From Candidatus Falkowbacteria bacterium (GTDB lineage Bacteria; Patescibacteriota; Patescibacteriia; UBA11705; JACRDX01): a stretch of DNA of 55,639 nt. The stretch is taken from positions 69,626-125,264 of the forward strand of contig JAZDOE010000023.1 of assembly GCA_043798985.1 (NCBI GenBank), in the 5' to 3' direction. Under the pieces are notes generated by a model, which searched no databases, was not told where the DNA came from, and worked only from the letters and a program-made list of their open reading frames with translations. Each line of letters opens with the position of its first letter. The stretch's first letter is position 1. Below are positions 9,524 through 18,438 of the stretch, piece after piece. The position numbers and the translations under genes were made by a program.

Positions 9524-9626
9524 GACCGCACCTCCCTGTTGAATTTCCATTGTCAAAGTCCACTTTTCCCAACAGCTAAGATTAACACACCCAAAAACAA
9601 AAAGCAACCCCTCGCGAAATTGCCAC

Positions 9627-11495
9627 CTACCGTTTCATCACCGCCAAATAAGCATCCGGTGGGATATTAACCCGTCCACGCCCCATTTCCATCATTTTCT
9701 TTTTTCCCTTTTTCTGCTTTTCCAAAAGCTTGGCGCGTCGTGTCCAATCACCACCATACAACTTTGCTGTCACGTCTTTTCGCAATGCCGAAATCCTTTC
9801 CGACGCCAGCACTTTGCCACCAACCATTGCCTGAATTTTAATCACAAACTGATGCTTTGAAATCTTATCTTTCAATATTCCAACGATCTTTTTGCCAATT
9901 TGAAACGCCATGTCGCGGTAAATAATCAGGGCAAACGCCTCAGCCGGCTCCTCGGCAATGAGCATGTCCATTTTTATCAAATCAGCTTTTGCGTATTTGT
10001 AAAAATCATAGTTCATTGACGCGTAGCCAGAACTGACGGTTTTCAATTTGTCGTGAAAATCAACGATCAACATTGAAAGCGGAATGCGATAATGCAACAA
10101 CGCGCGCGTTGCCTCAAGATATTCAGTATTCAAATATTCGCCGCGCATTTCCTGCGTCAACTGCATTACCGCGCCCAAATATTCTTTTGGTGTGACGATA
10201 TCAACGGTCATAATCGGCTCTTCCATGTGATCAATCTGCGACGGGTCTGGAAACTCATTCGGATTTTTTATAATGTATTCAACGTCTGACAAAATCTGAT
10301 TTTTTTTCAAATTCGGCGGAAATTTATTTCCTTTTTTCAAAGCAACTTTATACGCCACGCTCGGCACTGTCACAATAATCGCCAGATTAAATTCCCTGCG
10401 TAATCTTTCCTGAAAAATTTCCAGATGCAACAAACCGAGAAAGCCACAGCGAAAACCAAATCCCAAAACAGGAGAACTTTCCGGCTCATAAATCAATGCC
10501 GCGTCATTCAATTTCAACTTGGCAATCGCCTCGCGCAATTCATTATATTCATTCCCCTCTTCGCAAAAAATTCCAGCGTACACCATTGGTTTTACTTCTT
10601 TGTATCCGGGCAACGGCAAAATTTCGGATTTCGAATTTGGAATTTGTTTCGGATTTAGTGCTTCGGATTTGATAAGCGTATCTCCAACTCTACATTTTTC
10701 AATATCCTTCAACCCTGTGACGACATAGCCAATATCTCCGGCTGACAATTTGCCGGTTGAAAATTGTTTTGGTTTTAAAATGCCGCAATCTAAAACTTCG
10801 CCGCGCTCGCTCGCGCCAATCATGCAAATTTTATCGCCCTTTTTTAGTTGTCCATCCATCAATCTGACGTATGCAACGACGCCTTTGTACTCGTCGTAAA
10901 AAGAATCAAAAATCAACGCGCGCAACGGCTTTGCCGTGTCAGTTTTCGGCGCAGGCACTTTTTCAACTATTGAACACAAAATTTGTTCAACGCCCGCGCC
11001 TGTCTTTGCCGAGCACAATAAAATTTCATCTTCTCGGCATCCAACCAATCCCACAATTTCTCGCTTTGTCCTTTCAACGTCAGCCGCAGGCAAGTCAATT
11101 TTATTTATCACCGGAATAATTTCCAAACCCTGTTCAATCGCCAAATACAGGTTTGCCAAAGTCTGCGCCTGAACACCCTGCGTCGCGTCAACCAACAGGA
11201 TCGCGCCCTCAACCGCTGCCAAGGATCGCGAAACTTCGTACGAAAAATCCACGTGGCCCGGAGTATCAATCAAATTCAGAACATATTGTTCATTGCCAAC
11301 TTTATAAGCCATGGTTGCAGGCGTCAATTTAATCGTAATGCCGCGCTCGCGCTCCAAATCCATTGAATCCAAAATTTGATTTTTCATTTCACGTTTATCA
11401 ACCGTGCCAGTCAATTCCAAAAGCCGGTCAGCCAACGTTGATTTGCCATGGTCAATATGCGCGATAATGCAAAAATTCCGGATATTTGAAGACAT
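9627..11495 (-). CDS. lepA: Elongation factor 4 (LepA)
   Basis: NFCIIAHIDHGKSTLADR, ERERGITIK, DTPGHVDF, GFRCGFLGLLH, RKDVTAKLYGGD. Confidence 0.98.
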   Translation of the reverse strand: MSSNIRNFCIIAHIDHGKSTLADRLLELTGTVDKREMKNQILDSMDLERERGITIKLTPATMAYKVGNEQYVLNLIDTPGHVDFSYEVSRSLAAVEGAILLVDATQGVQAQTLANLYLAIEQGLEIIPVINKIDLPAADVERTKREIVGLVGCREDEILLCSAKTGAGVEQILCSIVEKVPAPKTDTAKPLRALIFDSFYDEYKGVVAYVRLMDGQLKKGDKICMIGASERGEVLDCGILKPKQFSTGKLSAGDIGYVVTGLKDIEKCRVGDTLIKSEALNPKQIPNSKSEILPLPGYKEVKPMVYAGIFCEEGNEYNELREAIAKLKLNDAALIYEPESSPVLGFGFRCGFLGLLHLEIFQERLRREFNLAIIVTVPSVAYKVALKKGNKFPPNLKKNQILSDVEYIIKNPNEFPDPSQIDHMEEPIMTVDIVTPKEYLGAVMQLTQEMRGEYLNTEYLEATRALLHYRIPLSMLIVDFHDKLKTVSSGYASMNYDFYKYAKADLIKMDMLIAEEPAEAFALIIYRDMAFQIGKKIVGILKDKISKHQFVIKIQAMVGGKVLASERISALRKDVTAKLYGGDWTRRAKLLEKQKKGKKKMMEMGRGRVNIPPDAYLAVMKR

Positions 11496-11547
11496 AAATA
11501 TAAGCTAACGTCATCTTAGCATTTTTTGTTTTTTATTTCAACGCCAT

Positions 11548-11583
11548 TGTCATTCCGACCTCTTGCAAAGAGGGAGGAATCCC
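11548..11583. repeat. TGTCATTCCGAC-type REP-like palindrome, partial
   Basis: tgtcattccgacctcttgcaaagagggaggaatccc; same 5' tag as the 4720 element. Confidence 0.6.
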
Positions 11584-11597
11584 TTGTAAACGCATCT

Positions 11598-11909
11598 TCA
11601 CGCAGCAAAAAACAGCCAACTTATCATGGCTGTCACAAAGTTTGCGCAAAAAGAAATTAAAATCGCCTTTTTCCAGCCAACATTTAAAAGCAACCATAAC
11701 AACAAGATTTCTACTATAAAAACCCCAAACTCTACCAGCCAAAAATTATTTAAAAAATTCCAATATACATTTGTTGCTATCGGGAGCGTGAACAAGTTGA
11801 TTATTACGGAATAAAACAATAATTGGATCGGCTGTTTTTTTACAAAAAAATAAATAACCAAAAACTCAGCCAAAAAAGTCAAAGCAAACGACCAAATATA
11901 TTGCATCAC
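11598..11909 (-). CDS. Small multi-pass membrane protein
   Basis: 103 aa, about 4 hydrophobic segments with intramembrane E/N residues; 5 nt downstream of the 11915 gene. Confidence 0.7.
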   Translation of the reverse strand: MMQYIWSFALTFLAEFLVIYFFVKKQPIQLLFYSVIINLFTLPIATNVYWNFLNNFWLVEFGVFIVEILLLWLLLNVGWKKAILISFCANFVTAMISWLFFAA

Positions 11910-11914
11910 AAAAA

Positions 11915-12553
11915 TTATTTTCTAAGCCTTCTTATAACAAGCACAACAATTATAACCGCGAGTGCTGATAGCGGCACAATGACAAACCAAAATTTTTCAA
12001 ACCACCACGGTAGCAGCGCCGTTTTGGTTCGTTCAGGCATGACATTTTGATCGACATATGTCTTCTCTTCTGTCGTCCCATCAGCATAAGTGTAAATTGC
12101 CTTTTCTTTCTCCATCACGAACGTGTTTGCTGACAATGAAACAATTCTCAAGACATCAACAATTTTTTCCAATGGATCGTTGACTGCCACAAAACTTGTT
12201 GACTGAATTTTCAAATCAGAAGCAATAAGATATTTATTTGTCGCGAAAAAAGACTTTTCTGCCACGTTTTCCGTTGGAATTGCAACGCCGATTAAATCAG
12301 CGCTCTTGCTCGCGTAAATTTTAGGCGAACTAAGTTTATAAAAACTCACGCACTCATTTTTATTTATAATTTCATGTCCACCCATTGGATCCTGAAAATA
12401 TGCGACGAAACTGTACGCCGGATAATCGCCAAGATTAGAAATCTGAAAACAATAATTAATCTGCTTTTCGCCCGGCATAACCAAGTCTGCCGAAGCCATT
12501 ATCGGAGCAACAAATATCATCAGCCCCAATAAAACAATCCACTTGTTTTTCAT
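11915..12553 (-). CDS. Secreted protein with C-terminal TM anchor and basic tail
   Basis: Signal peptide ...ASA|D; C-terminal hydrophobic helix followed by RRLRK. Confidence 0.75.
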   Translation of the reverse strand: MKNKWIVLLGLMIFVAPIMASADLVMPGEKQINYCFQISNLGDYPAYSFVAYFQDPMGGHEIINKNECVSFYKLSSPKIYASKSADLIGVAIPTENVAEKSFFATNKYLIASDLKIQSTSFVAVNDPLEKIVDVLRIVSLSANTFVMEKEKAIYTYADGTTEEKTYVDQNVMPERTKTALLPWWFEKFWFVIVPLSALAVIIVVLVIRRLRK

Positions 12554-12673
12554 AAATTTTATTTTTAAATGATATCTATTCTCATTTTATCAAAATTATA
12601 GCCAAAACAAAAACCGCGCCATTCTATCCGTCATTGCGAGCAAGTAGAACGAGCGCGGCAAGCTCACCAATTC

Positions 12674-13291
12674 TTATTTTTTCTTCGCCTTTTTTTCTTT
12701 TTTCTCTTTCTTTACCGCAATTTTCTCTGTTTTCTCAACCGGTTTTTCAACCGATTTCTTTTCAGCCTTTTTCTCAACCTTGACCGTTGGTTCCGCGCCC
12801 AAGGCGCGTCCGCCTATGGCGGAAACTTTTTTCAATTCGACTTTTGCTGGCGCAACTTTCACAGGAGACAAAATTGATAAAATTTTATCCAACTTTGAAA
12901 TTATCAAATCAACCTGCCCCTTTGAAATTCCAACGCCTGCGCTCGGCGTCGCCTCGCGCTTAAATCCACCTCTATCGCTGCCAAAACTTTTCGGCGCATA
13001 GCTAGAACCGCCGCCGAAGCTCTTTGGCGCGTAATCTGATCCACTACCCTGCGCTTTAAAACAGCTACTGCAAAAAACAGGGCGATCGCCGGTCGGTCTG
13101 AACGGCACCTCACATGACTGTCCGCATTTTTCGCAAACAGCTGGAAACATTGGTCGATCTTCACGATTTCCGCCAAAATCTCTACCGCCGCCAAAGCTTT
13201 TGCCACCACTTCGACCACCAAAATCGCGGCCACCACCACCAAAACTCTTGCCACCACGGCCACCACCACCGAATTTGTTAAAACTACCCAT
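12674..13291 (-). CDS. CxxC-x17-CxxC Zn-ribbon protein with Gly/Arg-rich N-terminus and Lys-rich tail
   Basis: MFPAVCEKCGQSCEVPFRPTGDRPVFCSSCF; FGGGG/RGG repeats; KKEKKEKKAKKK. Confidence 0.85.
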   Translation of the reverse strand: MGSFNKFGGGGRGGKSFGGGGRDFGGRSGGKSFGGGRDFGGNREDRPMFPAVCEKCGQSCEVPFRPTGDRPVFCSSCFKAQGSGSDYAPKSFGGGSSYAPKSFGSDRGGFKREATPSAGVGISKGQVDLIISKLDKILSILSPVKVAPAKVELKKVSAIGGRALGAEPTVKVEKKAEKKSVEKPVEKTEKIAVKKEKKEKKAKKK

Positions 13292-13333
13292 AAGTAAATT
13301 TTGTTAGTTAATAATCCTAAGGCACTAACTATA

Positions 13334-14908
13334 TCACGATTTAACAAAAGACGCAAGTACCCTGCGCCGGATCGCCTCAAACTCCTCTGATTTTACCAAC
13401 AACACGATTAAAATGAAAACTACGGAAGCGAGAATTGAAACCACCAGCAACTCAACCAGCGCGCCGATAAAACCGACGAAATTAAATTGCGCAAGCCACG
13501 AATAAACCGCTATCGCGACGACTAACATTGCGACTGACGCCACAAAAGTTTTCAGCGCCGCACGCCAAAAACCAACAACTGGAAAGCCCCGCAACTTTGG
13601 TTTTAATAAAATCCATAACAAAACAACATTGAAAATATTGCTTATACTAAACCCAACAACCAAGCCGCTTATGCCAAAGCTTTTACTCAAAAAATATCCC
13701 AAAATAATGTTGAGCGCGGCCGCGGCTAATCCCGTAAAAAATGGAATGGCCGTGTTTTGCAAAGAATAAAACGCTCGCGCCAAAACCGGAATCATTGCCT
13801 GCGCGAACAAACTTACCGCGAACGCGGCCAAAACATCGGCCGTTAATTTTATTGCGGCCGCGCCGAATTTCCCATTGCCAAGAATCAATTCAACAATCGG
13901 CACTCGCAAGACAATCAACAACACTGTCGCAGGCAACATCAAAAAAATAATTTGCCGTAATGATCTGCTCAACTGCGAATTAAACTCGCTGAGATTTTTA
14001 TCCGCGCCCATTTTTGCCAAAACAGGAAATAATGCCAGCGCGAGCGGCATTGCCACCAAACCAATCGCCAGATATTGAATATTGTTTGCCAAATTAAAAA
14101 TCGTCAACGAACCAACGGCCAAAGTTGAGCCAATGATTGTGATTACCAACAAATTTATCTGCGCAGTCGCGGCACCCAAAACTCGCGGCACCAACAATTT
14201 TACAACTTTTATCAAAGCATTGTCGCGAAGTTTAAAAAGTGGCTGATAGCGATAGCCGATCCTGCGGCAAGCTATCCATTGCAAAAAACAATGTGCCGCG
14301 GCACCAACAACAACGCCAGCGGCCAAGCCGTAAATCCCCCACCATTTCACAAAAATCAGTGCGCCCAAAATTATTCCCAAATTATAAAAAATCGGCGCGC
14401 TGGAAAACGCCAAAAATCTTCTGAAACTTTGCAGCGCGCCGCCAAAAACATTGCTCGCGCCCAAAAACAGCGGCGACAAAAACATTATTTGCGAAACGCG
14501 TATAGTCAAACGCAATTTGTCGCCGCCAAAACCGGGCGTTATCAATGGAACAATTTGGGGCGCGAATATTATAAACAGCGCACTGCCAACAAAAAATATT
14601 GATAAAAACGCGTTTAAAATTTTATTGGTCAAAACCCACGCTTCTTTATTGTCATCAAACTTTTTCGCGTCTTCATTTTTTATAAATCCCGTCACAACCG
14701 GAATAAACGCGGCAGACAAAACACCCAAACCGATCAAATTCAAAAATAAATCCGGGATTCTAAACCCGGCATAATAAATATCTAAAAAATCTCCGTTGCC
14801 AAATTGCCCTGCCAAAATTCTATCGCGAATCAAGCCAAATATTCGGCTCAACAAACCAAAAACACTAATCACTATCGCGCCCGAGAATATCGTTTTGGCG
14901 CGGCTCAT
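13334..14908 (-). CDS. murJ: Lipid II flippase MurJ/MviN
   Basis: LSRIFGLIRDRILAGQFG, FRIPDLF, LSAAFIPV, APIFYNLGII, LARAFYS. Confidence 0.95.
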   Translation of the reverse strand: MSRAKTIFSGAIVISVFGLLSRIFGLIRDRILAGQFGNGDFLDIYYAGFRIPDLFLNLIGLGVLSAAFIPVVTGFIKNEDAKKFDDNKEAWVLTNKILNAFLSIFFVGSALFIIFAPQIVPLITPGFGGDKLRLTIRVSQIMFLSPLFLGASNVFGGALQSFRRFLAFSSAPIFYNLGIILGALIFVKWWGIYGLAAGVVVGAAAHCFLQWIACRRIGYRYQPLFKLRDNALIKVVKLLVPRVLGAATAQINLLVITIIGSTLAVGSLTIFNLANNIQYLAIGLVAMPLALALFPVLAKMGADKNLSEFNSQLSRSLRQIIFLMLPATVLLIVLRVPIVELILGNGKFGAAAIKLTADVLAAFAVSLFAQAMIPVLARAFYSLQNTAIPFFTGLAAAALNIILGYFLSKSFGISGLVVGFSISNIFNVVLLWILLKPKLRGFPVVGFWRAALKTFVASVAMLVVAIAVYSWLAQFNFVGFIGALVELLVVSILASVVFILIVLLVKSEEFEAIRRRVLASFVKS

Positions 14909-16014
14909 ATTGATTTGGCGATTTGCAATTCTTCATTCGTTGGAATCGCCAAAACGCGCGCCTTAATTGGCAATCCTCGCGCAATCAATTTGCGCACATC
15001 AGCATTGCGTTCCCCAATTCCGGCCGTAAAAACAATCGCATCAACTTTTCCCAAAATCCCTGCGTACGCGCAAATATATTTTTTTATTCTGTAAACAAAC
15101 ATTCGCAACGCCAACTTACAATTTTCTTTTTCTTTTTGCGAAAACGCTCGGACAACTTTATATCCCGCGACATTATAACCAGCGCCAACCAACACATCGC
15201 GCAAATCTTTAAACCCTGAAACTCCGAGCCAACCTGATTCATTATTAAACATTGAATCAACCTGCTCTGCTGAAAAACCATTTTTCACCAAAAACAATCC
15301 TATCGCAGGATCAAGATCGCCGCAACGTGTTCCCATCATCAAGCCTTCCAGCGGCGTAAAACCCATTGAAGTATCAATGGCTTTGCCATTTTTTATTGCG
15401 GTTATACTGCACCCGCTACCTAAATGGCAAGTAATCAAATTAACTTTGTTCAACGGTTGGCGCAATTTTTTCGCCGCTTGATTAGCAACATATTCATGCG
15501 ATAAACCGTGAAAACCGTATTTTCGTAAACCAAACTTTTTATAAATTTTTTCAGGCAAAGCATAACGAAACGCAAAATCCGGTAAAGTTTTGTAAAACAT
15601 TGTGTCAAAGCACGCGACTTGTTTTGCTTTTGGCAACAGTTTTAACAACGCGCTGACGCACAACAATGCGGCCGGATTATGCAATGGCGCCAACTTGTTA
15701 TATTTCGCAACCGCTTGAACAACTTTTTTGTTCAACAAAGTTGGCGCGACAAATTCAGCGCCGCCGTGCACGATTCTGTGCCCAACTTTTTTGATTTTCT
15801 CAATTGGCACGGCGGCTTTATGCAGCAAAGAAAAAACAAGCTTTAATGCTTGTTCATGATTTTCAACTTTAACCAATTCCTTTTTATTACCAAAAACAAC
15901 AAACGAGCCATTCAGCCCTATTTTCTCCACAATCCCATCATTCAGCTCGCGCAACTTTTCATCAAACAATTTGAATTTCAAGCTGGAACTTCCGGCGTTG
16001 ATTATTAAAGTCAT
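14905..16014 (-). CDS. ackA: Acetate kinase
   Basis: INAGSSSLKF, GHRIVHGG, LAPLHNP, FDTMF, YGFHGLSH, CHLGSGCS, DTSMGFTPLEG, FTAGIGE, PTNEE. Confidence 0.96.
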   Translation of the reverse strand: MTLIINAGSSSLKFKLFDEKLRELNDGIVEKIGLNGSFVVFGNKKELVKVENHEQALKLVFSLLHKAAVPIEKIKKVGHRIVHGGAEFVAPTLLNKKVVQAVAKYNKLAPLHNPAALLCVSALLKLLPKAKQVACFDTMFYKTLPDFAFRYALPEKIYKKFGLRKYGFHGLSHEYVANQAAKKLRQPLNKVNLITCHLGSGCSITAIKNGKAIDTSMGFTPLEGLMMGTRCGDLDPAIGLFLVKNGFSAEQVDSMFNNESGWLGVSGFKDLRDVLVGAGYNVAGYKVVRAFSQKEKENCKLALRMFVYRIKKYICAYAGILGKVDAIVFTAGIGERNADVRKLIARGLPIKARVLAIPTNEELQIAKSI

Positions 16015-16580
16015 ATAATGTGGCCAGTAGCATTGCTGCTTTTAATGCCAGCGGCGTTCGCCTCATCAACATCCAAATGCACAGCCAGATGAAAGCCATC
16101 GCTTACGCGCACCTCAACATTATCAAAAACCAAAGCCCGCGGCCCATCAATGGCCAATTTAACGGTCTGCCCGTTTTTCACGCCAAGTTTGCCCATGTCT
16201 TCTGGACTCGCGTGAATATGCCGCTTGGCAAGGATAGCGCCATCTTTTAATTGCAACTCACCATTGGGCCCGATAATTTTTATACCAGCTGAACCAATAA
16301 CCTTGCCGGATAATCGGACAGGCGCATTGACGCCAAGTTTGTAACAATCGGTCGCTGATAACTCAACTTGGCTATAACCTCGGCATGGTCCGACAATCCT
16401 GACATTATCAATCCGTCCCTTTAACCCTTCAACTGAAACAACTTCGCTCGCGGCGAAATCAGTTGCCTGTGACAGCGATTTTTCTTTTTTCAATTCATAG
16501 TTATCACCAAAAAGCGTTTCCAAATCTTGCCGAGTCAGATGTACGTGTCGCGCGCTGATTTCTATTTTAATTTGTTGCAT
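16011..16580 (-). CDS. pduL: Phosphate propanoyltransferase/phosphotransacylase PduL family
   Basis: ISARHVHLT, VRIVGPCR, QVELSATD, APVRLSG, AKRHIH, HLDVDEANA. Confidence 0.92.
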   Translation of the reverse strand: MQQIKIEISARHVHLTRQDLETLFGDNYELKKEKSLSQATDFAASEVVSVEGLKGRIDNVRIVGPCRGYSQVELSATDCYKLGVNAPVRLSGKVIGSAGIKIIGPNGELQLKDGAILAKRHIHASPEDMGKLGVKNGQTVKLAIDGPRALVFDNVEVRVSDGFHLAVHLDVDEANAAGIKSSNATGHII

Positions 16581-17872
16581 AAATATTCTTCCAGCCCTTC
16601 AACTTTAACAATATCTTGTTTCATTGTGTCTCTGTCCCGCACTGTCACCGTTCCTTTTTCCAAAGTATCAAAATCGATGGTCACGCAAAATGGCGTTCCG
16701 ATTTCATCTTGATAGCGATAACGTTTGCCAATATTACCGCGCTCATCCCAGAAAACCATATGATTTTTTTTCAACTCGCGACAAATTTCACGCGCTTTTT
16801 CAACCAATTTTTCTTTATTTGCCAACAATGGAAAGACGGCAACTTTATACGGCGCAACCGCTGGTTTTAATTTCAGCACCGTTCGCATATCACCATTTTC
16901 CAACGTTTCCTCAACATATGCCTCGCTCAAAATTGCGAGCAAGGTTCTGTCAACGCCAAACGTCGGCTCTATCACGTGCGCCAAATATCGTTCGTTGGTC
17001 TGCGCGTCAAAATATGTCAGATCAACGCCAGAATATTTTTGGTGATTACTCAAATCATAATCTCCGCGATAAGCAAGCCCCCACAATTCATCCTGCCCAA
17101 ACGGAAATTCATATTCCATGTCAATGGTTCGCTGCGAATAAAACGCGCGGTCTTTTTCACTGATTTCAACATCATGAAGTTTTTTCAAGTCCAAACCAAC
17201 TAAGTTGGCAAAACCATGCATATAATCTGCCCATTCTTCAAACTTTTTATTCCAATCACTTTTTGGATTTACAAAATATTCAATTTCCATTTGTTCAAAT
17301 TCCAGCGTGCGAAAAATCAGATTACCAGTTGTAATTTCATTGCGAAAAGCCTTGCCCATTTGCGCGATACCAAACGGAATTTTAACGTTTGTTGACTGTA
17401 AAACGTTTTTATAATCCACGAAAATATTCTGCGCTGTTTCTGGTCGCAGATAAGTCACTTCGCCCTGTTCCTCAATCGGACCAATCACTGTTTTAAACAT
17501 TCCGCTAAACATTTTGGGCTTAGTAAACTTGCCGCCGCAGTCAGGACATTTTGTTTCGTCAGCCAATTTGTCTGGCCGAAAACGTTTGTGACATTTCTTA
17601 CATTCAACCAATGCGTCTTTAAAATTTTTAATATGCCCGCTTGCCTCAAAAACCTTGGCTTTGGATAATATTGTACCATCAATACCAACCATATCATCGC
17701 GCTGCTGCACAACATACTGCCACCATTGCTGTTTAATATTATTTTTCAATTCAGCGCCGAGCGGACCATAATCATAAGTATTTGCCAGCCCACCATAAAT
17801 TTCCGAATTTGGAAACACAAAACCTCTGCGTTTGCACAAACTAACTATTTTTTCCATTCTGTCATCTGCCAT
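16562..17872 (-). CDS. glyS: Glycyl-tRNA synthetase, alpha2 (class IIA) type
   Basis: LCKRRGFVF, YDYGPLG, YLRPETAQ, GKAFRNEI, EFEQMEIE, VIEPTFGVDR, IGKRYRYQDEIGTP. Start set at ATG 17872; the longer ORF overlaps frr. Confidence 0.95.
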   Translation of the reverse strand: MADDRMEKIVSLCKRRGFVFPNSEIYGGLANTYDYGPLGAELKNNIKQQWWQYVVQQRDDMVGIDGTILSKAKVFEASGHIKNFKDALVECKKCHKRFRPDKLADETKCPDCGGKFTKPKMFSGMFKTVIGPIEEQGEVTYLRPETAQNIFVDYKNVLQSTNVKIPFGIAQMGKAFRNEITTGNLIFRTLEFEQMEIEYFVNPKSDWNKKFEEWADYMHGFANLVGLDLKKLHDVEISEKDRAFYSQRTIDMEYEFPFGQDELWGLAYRGDYDLSNHQKYSGVDLTYFDAQTNERYLAHVIEPTFGVDRTLLAILSEAYVEETLENGDMRTVLKLKPAVAPYKVAVFPLLANKEKLVEKAREICRELKKNHMVFWDERGNIGKRYRYQDEIGTPFCVTIDFDTLEKGTVTVRDRDTMKQDIVKVEGLEEYLCNKLK

Positions 17873-17873
17873 A

Positions 17874-18428
17874 TTATATTGTTTTAATCTCTCTCTCTTT
17901 GATCGCCGCCTGCTGTTCAAGCTTTGCGGTGTATTGGGCGGTCTCCTTATCCAACCCGGCAACAAAACCGAATTTATCATCTTCACCGATTTCCTTATTC
18001 TTGAACGCTGATAAAATTTCTTCTTTTACCTTTTCCCTCACGGCCCGCAAACTGATTTTTGCCTTTTCCAATTTTTCTTTTAAAATTTTCGCGTACTTTT
18101 CGCGCGTTTCAGTTGTCATCTGCGGCACAGAAACATGAATCACATTTCCATCGGCCGACGTAGTGACCCCGACATTTGCCTCGGCAATCGCCTTTTCAAT
18201 GTCCTTCATCACAGCCTTGTCCCACGCTTCCACATTTAACACTCTGACTTCGGCAATACTGATACTCGCCAATTGTTTCAGCGGCGTGCGCACTCCATAC
18301 GCGTTCACCTGCACATTTTCAACCAATGCCGGCGTCGCGCGCCCGGTTCTGATCCCTCCGATCTCTCTTTTGAAATGCTCAACGGTCGCGTCAAAATCCG
18401 CTTGATGTTTTGCGATGAATTGATTCAT
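17874..18428 (-). CDS. frr: Ribosome recycling factor
   Basis: IRTGRATPALVE, YGVRTPLKQLA, PQMTTETR. Confidence 0.95.
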   Translation of the reverse strand: MNQFIAKHQADFDATVEHFKREIGGIRTGRATPALVENVQVNAYGVRTPLKQLASISIAEVRVLNVEAWDKAVMKDIEKAIAEANVGVTTSADGNVIHVSVPQMTTETREKYAKILKEKLEKAKISLRAVREKVKEEILSAFKNKEIGEDDKFGFVAGLDKETAQYTAKLEQQAAIKEREIKTI

Positions 18429-18438
18429 AGATTAAATC

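Noticed and set aside
14905-16014. UGA recoding (genetic code 25) as in some CPR lineages
   Set aside because: Long conserved genes are intact under code 11 and TGA acts as a true stop (ackA, smpB).
17873-17986. Long N-terminal extensions given by the ORF track for glyS (also cysS 24866, 9607, 26615, 40967, 51184)
   Set aside because: They overlap neighbouring genes, terminators, promoters or repeats; downstream ATGs match family N-termini or SD/-10 positions.
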